A stretch of DNA of 64,000 nt. Source: Candidatus Binatia bacterium (GTDB lineage: Bacteria; Desulfobacterota; Binatia; UBA9968; JAJDTQ01). The notes under the pieces are model-generated. The model made no database searches, had not been told where the DNA came from, and saw only the letters and a list, made by a program, of their open reading frames with translations. Shown in pieces: positions 20,230 through 31,314 of this stretch. Within the stretch, counting starts at the first letter, position 1. Every line of letters starts with the position of its first letter. The stretch covers positions 1,536,001-1,600,000 of the forward strand of contig OY762897.2 in assembly GCA_963666515.2 (NCBI GenBank), given 5' to 3'. The position numbers and the translations under genes are program-made.

Positions 20230-20497
20230 AGGACTGACCAGGGAGCAGAAGGCCGAGATCAAGGCACTTGCGAACCTCCCCGACGAGAAGATCGACACAA
20301 GCGACATACCTGAGATTCTCGACTGGTCGGGGGCCAAGCGCGGTCTATTGTATCGACCCAAACAGCAGATCACCCTGAGGCTTGATGCCGACGTGCTTGC
20401 GTGGTTCAGGGCGACCGCCCCAGACGGACGCGGATACCAGACCGAGATCAACCGCGTGCTGCGTGAGCATGCCCGACGGTCTTTCACACGCGCATAG
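20210..20497 (+). CDS. brnA: BrnA family antitoxin
   Basis: IDTSDIPE and KQQITLRLDADVLAWFR..GYQTEIN; overlaps the brnT end; GGAG RBS. Confidence 0.92.
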   Translation: MKKATSKGLTREQKAEIKALANLPDEKIDTSDIPEILDWSGAKRGLLYRPKQQITLRLDADVLAWFRATAPDGRGYQTEINRVLREHARRSFTRA

Positions 20498-20724
20498 GAC
20501 ACTTCTCTTCAGGATACTACTGGGACTCACGACCTTGTCAGGACCGAATACGCGTCCCTAACGGTGTCACCACTCGGTCAAGACGTTCCGCCGTTACAGA
20601 GCTTCGTCATCGCTTTCACGATTAGAGGCCGTCCATGAAGAGGCCGAAGAGATGATCAAGGGCATGCACACGACGGGACTGCGTCAGTTTGAGATCAATT
20701 CTACGAGGCGCGGCCGACATGGCG

Positions 20725-21213
20725 TCAACCAGTTTCCTTATCGCGTAGCTCTTTCCGCGCCTCCCTCATGGCCGTGTTCAGCTCCGCCATCTGCGCGTCT
20801 GTACCACCGACGTCGGGATGGGCTGACTTCGCCAATCGACGCCATCCGGATTCGACTTCGTGCAAGGTGGGCTTTTCGCCCTCCTTGAAGCCCAGGACCT
20901 CGCGCCAAGTTGGCTTCTTGAATGGCCGGGCGGGGACTCTCGCTCGGTTTTCTCTACTGCTTCCCGTTTGTCCTTGACGCTGCGCATTTTGGGTTTCGTT
21001 GCTTTTTCGGTGACCTGCAGAGCCCGGGTGTTGCCACTGTTGCGTCCTTCGCCTCCCTGACAGCTCACACAGCAGCAGAAGCCAAGTGAGGCTAATGATG
21101 AGGCTTAGTACGGGGTGCGTTTCCGAGCCATAAAGTAGGACAAGGACGATTGGAGCAAGGACGACGGTGACCGCGATGATACCGTAGATGATGATCTTGA
21201 GAGAGTCCTTCAT
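20725..21213 (-). CDS. Membrane-anchored protein with C-terminal J domain (DnaJ-like)
   Basis: Two N-terminal hydrophobic segments; WREVLG..WRRLAKSAHPDVGG..MAELN contains the HPD motif. Confidence 0.8.
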   Translation of the reverse strand: MKDSLKIIIYGIIAVTVVLAPIVLVLLYGSETHPVLSLIISLTWLLLLCELSGRRRTQQWQHPGSAGHRKSNETQNAQRQGQTGSSRENRARVPARPFKKPTWREVLGFKEGEKPTLHEVESGWRRLAKSAHPDVGGTDAQMAELNTAMREARKELRDKETG

Positions 21214-21632
21214 CCCAGCAAAATTCTAGGGAGCTACCGAGATGCTGCGACCCCGCATTCCGACTCCCTGACAAGCTCCTCGGCCCAGTCGGGCCACAGA
21301 TCAATCTACCCGATGTACTCATCCAGAATCTGGCGGTCAATTTTTGCCAATTTGCGCGAGGGTCCGTTCATGGCCCCTCGGTGGGCACGGTACTCTTCGG
21401 CGATCCTATTGGAGTCCGACAAGGGTTCCTCTCCTTCCTGGATAGCCTCCTCGAAAACCAACTGAAGTAGTGTAGAAAGGCGGCACACGTCACCTTTTTA
21501 CCGGGGCTCTCCGGTAGTAACCAAAGGCCAGAGTCGTTCCGCCTTGGGCTTTGTTGTATCTGGACCCGGCAAAGCCGTCAAGCACGGCCTTGGGCGCCTC
21601 TCTCCCCTTAGAGCCACCGAAAATTACCATTA

Positions 21633-22295
21633 TCACAGTGCAGGGTTGGGAGGGAATCCAGGGAGTCGCAGGGGTACGAACCGAAAATAGATTTCCAGAA
21701 TGTTGTAATCGGACTCATCGTAGTACGGAATCGGCATGGGGGTTACTACCGGCGAAACTCTTTCTTCAGGCCTGAATGACTTAACGAGCACAAGATACAT
21801 TCGCATGTTCAGGAAGAAGTCCGTTGCTAGCTTGGCCTCTGCTACTTGGTCAGGCGTCAAGGCACCAGCCTTGTGGATAATATTGTTACGCGCATTCCGG
21901 GCTCTTTGCAGGAGAGGCAGGGCCTCCGCCGGCAAGATGTCCAGCGCGTACGCGAGGTTGATTCTTCCCTCCAAGGTTCTAGGCACCGCCTTCCGCAAAT
22001 TCGCTATGTTCAGCGATCGGCGCTGGTCGTCTTCGTGGCAAAGGGACAACTGAACAAGGACATCCTCTTGGAGATACTCAGAGAAAAGAGCCTCGGCCAA
22101 TGCGAGTGCTGCGCGCGGCGAACTCTCATCCATTTCCTTCTTGAGAGCGGCATCCTCCTCCTCGCGCGACATCTGTGGCGTCGGGTCCTCCGGCGTCGTC
22201 TTTACAGGGATTGTCCCGTCGCAGACCCCCTCTACCCACCTGATCATTTCCTGGGTCAAGAAGCGTTGGGTCTCGGGATCGCGGAGCTTTCTCAT
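21633..22295 (-). CDS. Hypothetical protein with HEPN-like Rx4H motif (MtlR-like HEPN)
   Basis: RINLAYALDIL followed by RNARNNIIH. Confidence 0.55.
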   Translation of the reverse strand: MRKLRDPETQRFLTQEMIRWVEGVCDGTIPVKTTPEDPTPQMSREEEDAALKKEMDESSPRAALALAEALFSEYLQEDVLVQLSLCHEDDQRRSLNIANLRKAVPRTLEGRINLAYALDILPAEALPLLQRARNARNNIIHKAGALTPDQVAEAKLATDFFLNMRMYLVLVKSFRPEERVSPVVTPMPIPYYDESDYNILEIYFRFVPLRLPGFPPNPAL

Positions 22296-22594
22296 AGTCC
22301 CAATCCAACGCAGCGGAGACCTATACGTCGGGCGTTGAGGGTCTCCTCGAGGTAACGCTGGAACTCGTCTAGGAGTTCTTCCTCTGGTCGTTGGTCCTCT
22401 TCTTCATCGTATCGCTGCCACTGGGCCGTTTCGCGAGCCTCTTGCTCCAAGTCCCGGGCAAGCTTTTCGGCCCAAGGCGGTAACGTATCATCCGCCATGT
22501 CCTTTTCAATGAGTTCGAGAAAAGAGCAGGTGATTAAACGGCTCTCGTAGACGTCCAGACGGTAGCTGAACTCGGCTCTTGTGATCCAGGACAT
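22292..22594 (-). CDS. Hypothetical acidic protein, possibly 5'-truncated by IS3
   Basis: ATGA overlap with the downstream HEPN-motif gene; the frame stays open up to the IS end at 22612. Confidence 0.5.
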   Translation of the reverse strand: MSWITRAEFSYRLDVYESRLITCSFLELIEKDMADDTLPPWAEKLARDLEQEARETAQWQRYDEEEDQRPEEELLDEFQRYLEETLNARRIGLRCVGLGL

Positions 22595-22611
22595 AGGGTC
22601 CGGTAGCTGTT

Positions 22612-24096
<1,485 letters not shown>

Positions 24097-24239
24097 GGCT
24101 CGTGGTAGGCTAGTCAGTTGCCAGCGGCGTCTCTCGGTGACGACTAAAGTTCGATCCCTACGCCCTCACTGCTACGGGGGACGGCAAATGTCCGCGTGGG
24201 AGGCGATGAGTCTGGAAAGACAAATTGGCTCTCCCGCCC

Positions 24240-25346
24240 TTATAAACTGTACAGCCGTGCACAGTTGTCCCAAAGGATCTTGCGCTTCGTCTCCCGGGAG
24301 ACGCCTTCGACCTCCAGGAACTCCTCGACGGCGTGGGGGAAGTCCGAGTCACCGTGGGGGTAGTCGGTGGAGTAGACGATGTTGTCGTCGCCTATCAGCT
24401 CGGCGACCATGGGAAGCTCCTTCTCGGACTCGGTGGAGATCCAGCACTGGCGCTTGAAGAATTCGCTGGGCTTGAGCTCGGAGATATTGGGGTGGCGGGC
24501 TTTGGACACGGCGCCGTCCATGCGGTGGAGCATGAAGGAGACCCAGCCGCAATAGCATTCGAGGAACGCCACCTTGAGCTTGGGATGGCGCTCCAGCACG
24601 CCGCCGCCGATGATGTCGATCATGGCCATCATGTTGGACATGGGGTGCTCGCAGATGTGCCGCAGCAGCAGGTCGTCACCGAACACGTCGCCCATCTGGC
24701 GGACCTCGCCCGCGGAGGCCGCCGAGTGGAAGCCCATAGGGATGCCCAGCTCTTCCAGGTTGGACCACAGGACGTCGTAGTAGCGGGAATGCCAAGGCAA
24801 CGAGCGTAGCGGCTCTGGGCGCGCGAACACGGACACGAAGCCCAACTCCTCCACCGCCCTTCGGGCTTCCTTGGCGGCCTCGGTGACATCGTGGAGCGAG
24901 ATCATGGCCGAGCCCTTCATGCGCTCGGGATCGGTCTGGCAGAAGTCGTGGAGCCAGTTGTTGTAGGCCCGGGCTATGGCGGCACCGAGCTTCGGGTCCA
25001 TGTCGTCCCGCATCATGACGCCCAAGCCGATGGACGGGTACATGACTGCCAGGTCCAGCCCCTCCTTCTCCATGGCGTCGAGCTGTGACATCCCGTCGAA
25101 GCCCCGGGCGCGTGCGCCGGCGATCTCCTTGTCGATGCGCCTGGCGTCGAAGATGCCGCCGCGGTAGGCCGGCGGGTAGCCCTTGAGGATCTTGCCGTCG
25201 AGCATGACCATGGCCGAGCTTCGGGTGGTAGTGCTCAGTATCTTGGGTCCCCGGTCGCGCCACTCGGGCTCCAGGTACTTCTCCCACAGGTCCGCGGGCT
25301 CGCGCACGTGCATGTCCGAGTCCATGACTTTCAGTCCGTCCTTCAT
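24240..25346 (-). CDS. Amidohydrolase family protein (Amidohydro_2)
   Basis: DSDMH, GFHS, FLEC and STDYPH motifs. Confidence 0.93.
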   Translation of the reverse strand: MKDGLKVMDSDMHVREPADLWEKYLEPEWRDRGPKILSTTTRSSAMVMLDGKILKGYPPAYRGGIFDARRIDKEIAGARARGFDGMSQLDAMEKEGLDLAVMYPSIGLGVMMRDDMDPKLGAAIARAYNNWLHDFCQTDPERMKGSAMISLHDVTEAAKEARRAVEELGFVSVFARPEPLRSLPWHSRYYDVLWSNLEELGIPMGFHSAASAGEVRQMGDVFGDDLLLRHICEHPMSNMMAMIDIIGGGVLERHPKLKVAFLECYCGWVSFMLHRMDGAVSKARHPNISELKPSEFFKRQCWISTESEKELPMVAELIGDDNIVYSTDYPHGDSDFPHAVEEFLEVEGVSRETKRKILWDNCARLYSL

Positions 25347-25409
25347 GAGCGTTCCTCTCCCCTGCTTACGTGATTCGTCCTGATGCGGTGCGGCCCCGAC
25401 CGGAACCCG

Positions 25410-26861
25410 CTAACCCGCCGCCATCACCCGGGCGGCGGCGTCCTCACAGGCCGTGCCCGCGAAGAAGTCCGGGTTCACGCCGGCATAGAACCGCACCGCG
25501 TTGGTGAAGCTGAAATCGCGGAAGTCTTCGTCGGTGATGTGCCCTCGTTCCACCAGCTCGTGGGCCTCGGCCACCACCTCGGTCATGTCGGTGACGTCCC
25601 AATGGCCGATGTCCGAGCTCATCATGGCGCCGAGACGGGCGCCGAAGGGATTGAGCCTGTCGTTGAAGGCCCAGGCGATCATGCGGTCGTCGGCCTCGCA
25701 GCCGAAATAGAAGCGCGGCACGAAGCGGTCGCGGATGTCCTCGGCCTTGTCGATGCCGCACCGGGCCCAGTCATCCAGGTTTTCGGGGCGCCGCTGTTTG
25801 CGCGCAAGCGAGGCGCGTATCTCCTCCAGCTTGTCCCCGCCGTCGACGCCGGCGTATTCCGCCACCAGCTTCATCATGAGATCGAGGTCGGTGCTCTCCG
25901 GATCCAATGCCGCGATGGCGTCCCGGTTCCGCTTCTCCCAGTGCTCCAGGATGTCGCTGTAGAGGCTGCAAGCCCAGGCCACGCCGCATTCCAGGAAGGC
26001 GAAGTTCAACTTGGGAAAACGATGGGTAACCCCGCCGAAAAACAGGGCTTTGCACATGGCTTCGCCCGCGGAGGCAAAGTGGCCGATGTGGTTGTACATG
26101 TAGTTGGACACCGAGCGGCGGCTGCCCCAACCCTGGCCGCTGGCATGAGAGGTCGGGGCCACTCCCAGCTCCAGGCAGCGCTGCCAGAACGGATCGTAGT
26201 CGTGATCGCTGTCCAGCGCCAGGGTGTCGATGTAGCGGGCGAAGGGCGCCAGATCCGGCCGCTCTTCCTGCACTCGGGGGATCGGCCGGTCCACGTGGGA
26301 GATGACGATGGTCTTGAGGCCCAGCTCTCGCACGGCGTACTCGGTGTCCTCGATGGCCTCTTCCGGGGTGTGAGTGGGAATCACCGCGGCCGGGGTCATC
26401 CGGTCCGAGCACTCGCCGTAGAACTCGGCGTGGAACTTGTTGAGCGCCCGGCAGGAGACCCGGCGCAGTTCCTCGTCCTCGAACCGGGGCGGTCCGCTCA
26501 GACCCTCGGTGGGATAGAGCACGGCGAAGTCGATGCCCAGCCGGTCCATCCGCTCGTGCAGCAGCCGCGGCAGCGACGCCGTGGCCCGGTCCAGGGTGTT
26601 GCGGGCCGGTCGCGCCCACCAGGGCGGGCAGTGAGCCCGGACGCTCCGCCGTTCCGCCTCGGTCATGGAGGACCAGCGGCTGTTGGAGCGGGCGCGCATG
26701 GCCTCGCCGTAGCGCCGGGGCATGTCAGCGCCGCCCAGCTCCTTCAGGTAGTCGTGATAGAGCGGGGTCAGCTCGACCGTATGGCCGTCGGTGTCGATGA
26801 CCGGATGGTCGAGGCGTGCGCGAACCGCCTCGGATTCCGAAGTGCGTCGTGAGCCGGTCAC
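25410..26861 (-). CDS. Amidohydrolase family protein, long variant
   Basis: DTDGH, PTSH, FLECG and SSDIGHWD motifs; 483 aa. Confidence 0.9.
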   Translation of the reverse strand: MTGSRRTSESEAVRARLDHPVIDTDGHTVELTPLYHDYLKELGGADMPRRYGEAMRARSNSRWSSMTEAERRSVRAHCPPWWARPARNTLDRATASLPRLLHERMDRLGIDFAVLYPTEGLSGPPRFEDEELRRVSCRALNKFHAEFYGECSDRMTPAAVIPTHTPEEAIEDTEYAVRELGLKTIVISHVDRPIPRVQEERPDLAPFARYIDTLALDSDHDYDPFWQRCLELGVAPTSHASGQGWGSRRSVSNYMYNHIGHFASAGEAMCKALFFGGVTHRFPKLNFAFLECGVAWACSLYSDILEHWEKRNRDAIAALDPESTDLDLMMKLVAEYAGVDGGDKLEEIRASLARKQRRPENLDDWARCGIDKAEDIRDRFVPRFYFGCEADDRMIAWAFNDRLNPFGARLGAMMSSDIGHWDVTDMTEVVAEAHELVERGHITDEDFRDFSFTNAVRFYAGVNPDFFAGTACEDAAARVMAAG

Positions 26862-26910
26862 TCTCTAACCCCTTCCGTGGATGGATCGGCCGGGCGGCGA
26901 GGAACCGGGA

Positions 26911-27861
26911 TTACCCTTCCGCCTCCAGCGCGTCCAGATCCTTGACGTAGTCGCGCAGGGCCGAGCCCAGCGTGAACTGTGGTTCCCAACCCAGGTGTTC
27001 CTTGGCGCGCGTGATGTCCAGCGGCTGCTTGGCTCCCTCGTGCGGCGTCCCGTCCGGCACCACCTCCACGTCCAGATCGGGGTAAATCGCCCTGGCCTCC
27101 TCCACCAGCTCGTCGAAGGTCGTGACCAGGCCCGTGCCGATGTTGAATACGTTGACCGGCGGCACCGGCACGGTGGCCGCCAAGTCCACGGCCCGTCCCA
27201 CGTCCTTGGCGTAGATGCGCTCCAGCGGCCTGGCTTGTCGCCGCGCGACCTTGGCGACGCCGCCGTGACGGCCACAGTCGAGAAGCGTATGGGTGATGGC
27301 GCCGCTCTCGGCCCCGCCCTGGAAATGCCCCAGACCGAACACGTGGGCCAGCCGCACCATCATCAGCTCGAAACCGAAGAGCCGCTGGTAGGCCTCCAGC
27401 ACCAGTTCCTGAACCGCCTTGGAGTTGCCGTAGGCCGTGCTGTCGCCCCGCTGGAGCGTCTCGGGCACCGGGTCCGATCCCTCGAACGCGCGGTTGTAGA
27501 CGCCGAGGGTGCTGATCTGCACCACCCGCTTGACGCCTGTCAGGCGCGCTGCCTCCGCGACGTTGATGGTGCCCTGGATGTTGACGTTGAAGGCCCAGTA
27601 GCCCTCCCGGGCCACCCGCCCGGCGATGATGGCCGCGGTGTGCAGCACCGTGTCGATGCCGTGGGCCTTGATGATCCCGGTGAGCGCCGGCAGGTCCAGC
27701 ACGTCTCCCTGAAGGGACACGTAGTCCGCGGAACCGAGCTTCTGCTTCAGGAAATCGTCCCGCGGCTGGAAGTCCACGAAGACGAGACGCTCCCCCCGCT
27801 CCGCGGCGAACTGCCCGAACGAGGCCCCGATGAGTCCGCTGCCCGTGATCAGAGTCGCCAT
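26911..27861 (-). CDS. NAD-dependent epimerase/dehydratase (extended SDR)
   Basis: ITGSGLIG, HTAA and YGNSK motifs. Confidence 0.9.
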   Translation of the reverse strand: MATLITGSGLIGASFGQFAAERGERLVFVDFQPRDDFLKQKLGSADYVSLQGDVLDLPALTGIIKAHGIDTVLHTAAIIAGRVAREGYWAFNVNIQGTINVAEAARLTGVKRVVQISTLGVYNRAFEGSDPVPETLQRGDSTAYGNSKAVQELVLEAYQRLFGFELMMVRLAHVFGLGHFQGGAESGAITHTLLDCGRHGGVAKVARRQARPLERIYAKDVGRAVDLAATVPVPPVNVFNIGTGLVTTFDELVEEARAIYPDLDVEVVPDGTPHEGAKQPLDITRAKEHLGWEPQFTLGSALRDYVKDLDALEAEG

Positions 27862-28028
27862 GCCGGGCAATCTAGCACGGACGGCGCAGGGTTGGGAGAG
27901 GGGCGCTTAATGTGCTCCTGGCTGCTTGCAAAAAGTCGTGGGACCCGGACACTGGTACAAAACGGGATCATACAGGTTCGTGGGCCAGCGGCCGTTTCTG
28001 AACGAGAAATCCCGGAGGTTAAACCACT

Positions 28029-28641
28029 ATGAACTGGGCATCCAGCGAGATTGTCGGAGTTCTGAGTTTTCTCTTGCCCGGGTTTGTAGCGGCCGCCATC
28101 TTTTACTCTCTTACTTCATATCCCAAGCCGAGCCCCCTTTGACCGCGTGGTTCAAGCTCTCATCTTTACCGTAATCGGAAAAGCCATTACCGACGGACTC
28201 CTCTTCTTTGCGAGCATCGTCGGCGATGACCCTTGGCGCAAGAAGTGGGAACTCCTGCTTTCTGTCATGGTTGCCGTTGTCCTTGGAATGCTGACCGCCT
28301 ATTGCGTCAATTGGGATACGCTGCATCGCCTTCTTCGTCGGCTTGGTGTAACCAGAGAAACCTCCTACGCATCCGAGTGGTACTCCGCCTTCTCGCGCCA
28401 TCCCGACTGCTATGTTACGTTACACCTAAAGGAAGGTCGTCGCCTTTTCGGGTGGCCTGAAGAATGGCCAAGTCGTCCCGACCAAGGCCACTTCCGAATC
28501 GCGGAAGCCGAATGGCTGGAGGACGAAAAGCGGACACCCGCGACGGGGGTAACAGCGATGTTGATACCCGTCGACCAAGTCGAAATGGTCGAATTCGTGA
28601 ATGCGATTGAGGAAGAACCCAAGGAGTTGAATCATGGCTAA
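28029..28641 (+). pseudogene. DUF6338-like membrane protein with a +1 frameshift in a C-run (28133-28137)
   Basis: GGAGG RBS, then MNWASSEIVGVLSFLLPGF..PKPSP stops at 28142. Removing one C joins it to FDRVVQALIF..YVTLHLKEGRRLFGWPEEWP. Confidence 0.7.
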
Positions 28642-28762
28642 GGAACCAAACCCTCCGCCTTCAAGGCGCGTCGTTGACAAACGAGGTAGCGTCACACCCA
28701 AACCCCCTACCCTCAGAAAACCGCCGCCGCCACCCCCTCCTCCGCCCAAGAAAAGGGACTAG
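28634..28762 (+). CDS. Small proline-rich basic protein (42 aa)
   Basis: AAGGAG RBS at 28621; MAKEPNPPPSRRVVDKRGSVTPKPPTLRKPPPPPPPPPKKRD*; overlaps the upstream stop. Confidence 0.6.
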   Translation: MAKEPNPPPSRRVVDKRGSVTPKPPTLRKPPPPPPPPPKKRD

Positions 28763-28791
28763 CCATTGAGTGTGGCGCCGATCCGAGTTCG

Positions 28792-29907
28792 CTAGCTCAC
28801 CCCGTACAGCCGGGCGCAATTGTCCCAGAGGATTTTCTTCATGGAGCTATCGCTCAGCCCCGGGGTCTCCATGAACTCTTCCACCGCGTGGGGATAGTGT
28901 GCGTCGAGGTGCGGGTAGTCTGTGGAGATGACGATGTTGCCGTCTCCCAGCCGCCCGATGACGTCGGTCACGAGATACTCGTCCACGTCCACGGAGATGA
29001 AGCACTGGTCGAGGAAGTACTCGCTTGGCTTCCGGGACAGAGGCACATCGGCGAGGGCGCCGTGAAGCTCTGCCCGCTCATCGAGCCGGTACAGGAGCCA
29101 CGGCAGCCACGCGCAGTTGCCTTCGAGGAACGCCACCTTGAGGGTCGGGAACTTCTCCAGCACGCCGCCGCCGCAGAAGGCGGACACCGCCAGTTGCAGC
29201 TCGATGGGGTTGCGCAAGGCCATGGCGATGACGCTGGAATTGGGGTGTCCGTAGAACTCCCGCGCCACCTGCTTCTGCTTGGGGTTGGCGGGCGGATGGA
29301 AGCACAGCGGCACCTTCAGCCGGTCGATCTCCGCCCACAGAGGGTCGTAGTAGCGGTCGTGGATGCGGCGGCCGTTCACGGGTTCGGGGCAGACCGACAG
29401 CCCCACCACGCCCAGCTCCGTCACCGCCCTGCGCGCCTCGTCCACGGCCATGTCCACGTCGTGCAGCGTCAGCAGGCCGGAAGCCTTCATGCGCTCCGGC
29501 CGCTCGCTGCAAAAATCTGCGATCCAGCTATTCCATGCCCGGCAAAGGTCGTTGGCGTATTCCGGCTCGAAGCTGTCGTCGCAGTGGAGCGGGGAGGTGC
29601 GGAACATGACGGCCACGTCCAGGCCCTCGTTGTCCATCGCCACCACCTGCGACGGCGCGTCGTAGCCGTGCTCCAGCGCGTAGCCGTAGCGGTCCGCTAC
29701 CTTGTCCTCACCGTGCTGCAGCACCTGGTTCCGCGGCCGCAGCACGGTGCCGTTGCCCAGGCTGAACTCGATACGGCCGTGCTTGCTGCGGTCCTTGCCC
29801 ACGGGGATACGGTCGCCCCATTTGGGGTTCATGTACTTCTCGTAGAGGTCCTGGGCGTCAAACACGTGCATGTCGCTGTCGAACACCTTGTATCCGTTTC
29901 TGGCCAT
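28792..29907 (-). CDS. Amidohydrolase family protein (Amidohydro_2)
   Basis: DSDMH, CFHP, FLEGN and STDYPH motifs; close paralog of the genes at 13201 and 37463. Confidence 0.93.
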   Translation of the reverse strand: MARNGYKVFDSDMHVFDAQDLYEKYMNPKWGDRIPVGKDRSKHGRIEFSLGNGTVLRPRNQVLQHGEDKVADRYGYALEHGYDAPSQVVAMDNEGLDVAVMFRTSPLHCDDSFEPEYANDLCRAWNSWIADFCSERPERMKASGLLTLHDVDMAVDEARRAVTELGVVGLSVCPEPVNGRRIHDRYYDPLWAEIDRLKVPLCFHPPANPKQKQVAREFYGHPNSSVIAMALRNPIELQLAVSAFCGGGVLEKFPTLKVAFLEGNCAWLPWLLYRLDERAELHGALADVPLSRKPSEYFLDQCFISVDVDEYLVTDVIGRLGDGNIVISTDYPHLDAHYPHAVEEFMETPGLSDSSMKKILWDNCARLYGVS

Positions 29908-29947
29908 GTTCCTGCTCCTTGCCGCCGTCCTGGCACACACTTGGCGG

Positions 29948-31192
29948 CTATGAAATCTCAATCAGCTCCGGCGGGAACTCGTTCAGGCATTCCGTTCCCG
30001 AATCCCTGATGGCATAGGTGTCGCCGATGAAGAGTCCCCGCGTCCTCGCCTTGTCCACGAGATGAATCTGAAGCACGAACACCGTACCGTTCCGAAAGAC
30101 CATCTCGTCACCATCGTAGAGCTTGTTCTCCGCCAAGCTGGTCAACTCCGGGCCGATCTGCGGCTCGTGACGCGGCTGAGCGCCCAGCATCCCTTGCAGG
30201 TAGCCGCCCCAGGCGTCGTAACCCGCCGGCTTGATGACGCTGTTGGCGGCGTTGACCGAGTCGGAACCGGTGCCGCCCACCTTCAGGGTCTCGGCCACCC
30301 GATGGTAGGCTTCCAGCGCCACGTCGAACATCCTCCGGAACTCGTCGGTCGGGGGTCCGATGAACATCGGCTTCCCGGTCTGCGCCTCGTAGCCGTTGTA
30401 GAGGATCCCCAACTCGTTGTTGACGATGTCGCCGCGGGTGATGACCCGTTCCGAGGGGCGGGGCCGCTGGTCGCCGACGTCCGGATCTGACATGGGCGTG
30501 GAGCTGAGCTGTATCATGCCCATCTCGCCACCGTTCCGTACCACTGCCTCGTACACGACGGCGAAAGCTTCCGACTCGGTCATGCCGGGCTTGAGCTTCT
30601 CCGCCAGTGCCCGTAACCCGATGTCCTGCACCAGGGCCGACTTGCGCAGGGCCTCGATCTCCTCATCACTCTTGAACAGCCTGAGGGCGAGAAACTCTCT
30701 GGTCACGAACACGAACTTGGCGTCGGGCAGCTCCGACACGAAGAAGTCCCAATGGTTCTTCGGGATGGAGGTCAAGGGATCGTACTCGACGATGCCGATC
30801 CTCCCCTTGTCGTACCCCATCTCCCGGACCTTGCCGACGATGGCGTCCAGCACGTTGGAGCGGCCGACGACCAACTCCTTCACCACGCTGCGGGCGATCA
30901 TGCCGGGCGCCAGCGAGTGTCCGGGCCGGGTGATGACGCTGGGATCGCCCTCCCTGGGAAAGAAGCAGTAGTAGGCCATTTCCGCCTTGCCCATCATGTT
31001 CGTCAGGTAACGGACATTGAACCACAACCGCCCGTATGCGGCCGAGCCGCCGATGACCAGAAGACAGTCGAGTTCCTGGTCGCGCAGGAGCTTCCGCACA
31101 TTCGCGTAACGCCGTTGGTACTCGGCGTCCGAAAACCGAGGATAGGGGTACTTGGCGTGCAAACGGTCCAGTTCGTCCGGCTCGATGAACAT
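29948..31192 (-). CDS. M24 (aminopeptidase P/creatinase) fold protein with atypical active site
   Basis: N-terminal creatinase-like domain (NVRYLT), KSDEEI and KPGMTESE; metal ligands appear altered. Confidence 0.85.
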   Translation of the reverse strand: MFIEPDELDRLHAKYPYPRFSDAEYQRRYANVRKLLRDQELDCLLVIGGSAAYGRLWFNVRYLTNMMGKAEMAYYCFFPREGDPSVITRPGHSLAPGMIARSVVKELVVGRSNVLDAIVGKVREMGYDKGRIGIVEYDPLTSIPKNHWDFFVSELPDAKFVFVTREFLALRLFKSDEEIEALRKSALVQDIGLRALAEKLKPGMTESEAFAVVYEAVVRNGGEMGMIQLSSTPMSDPDVGDQRPRPSERVITRGDIVNNELGILYNGYEAQTGKPMFIGPPTDEFRRMFDVALEAYHRVAETLKVGGTGSDSVNAANSVIKPAGYDAWGGYLQGMLGAQPRHEPQIGPELTSLAENKLYDGDEMVFRNGTVFVLQIHLVDKARTRGLFIGDTYAIRDSGTECLNEFPPELIEIS

Positions 31193-31314
31193 CGGTTCCC
31201 TGTGGTCGGAAAAAGAGGTCTGCGCCTTTGAATCAGCCTTCTTCTAGTTCACCACCCTCCGCCCTGTCAACGTGACCGCCGCCACCAACCCTTTCGCCAT
31301 TCTCGTCATCGGCG

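Noticed and set aside
21210-21630. Short ORF 21306-21488 with apparent continuation past a TAG
   Set aside because: No recognisable family; likely a decayed fragment, with no support for recoding.
27918-27940. IS-end-like strings (GGCTGCTTGCAAAAAGTC; also GGCTCTGATCGAAACTC near 2480)
   Set aside because: No partner inverted repeat or transposase nearby.
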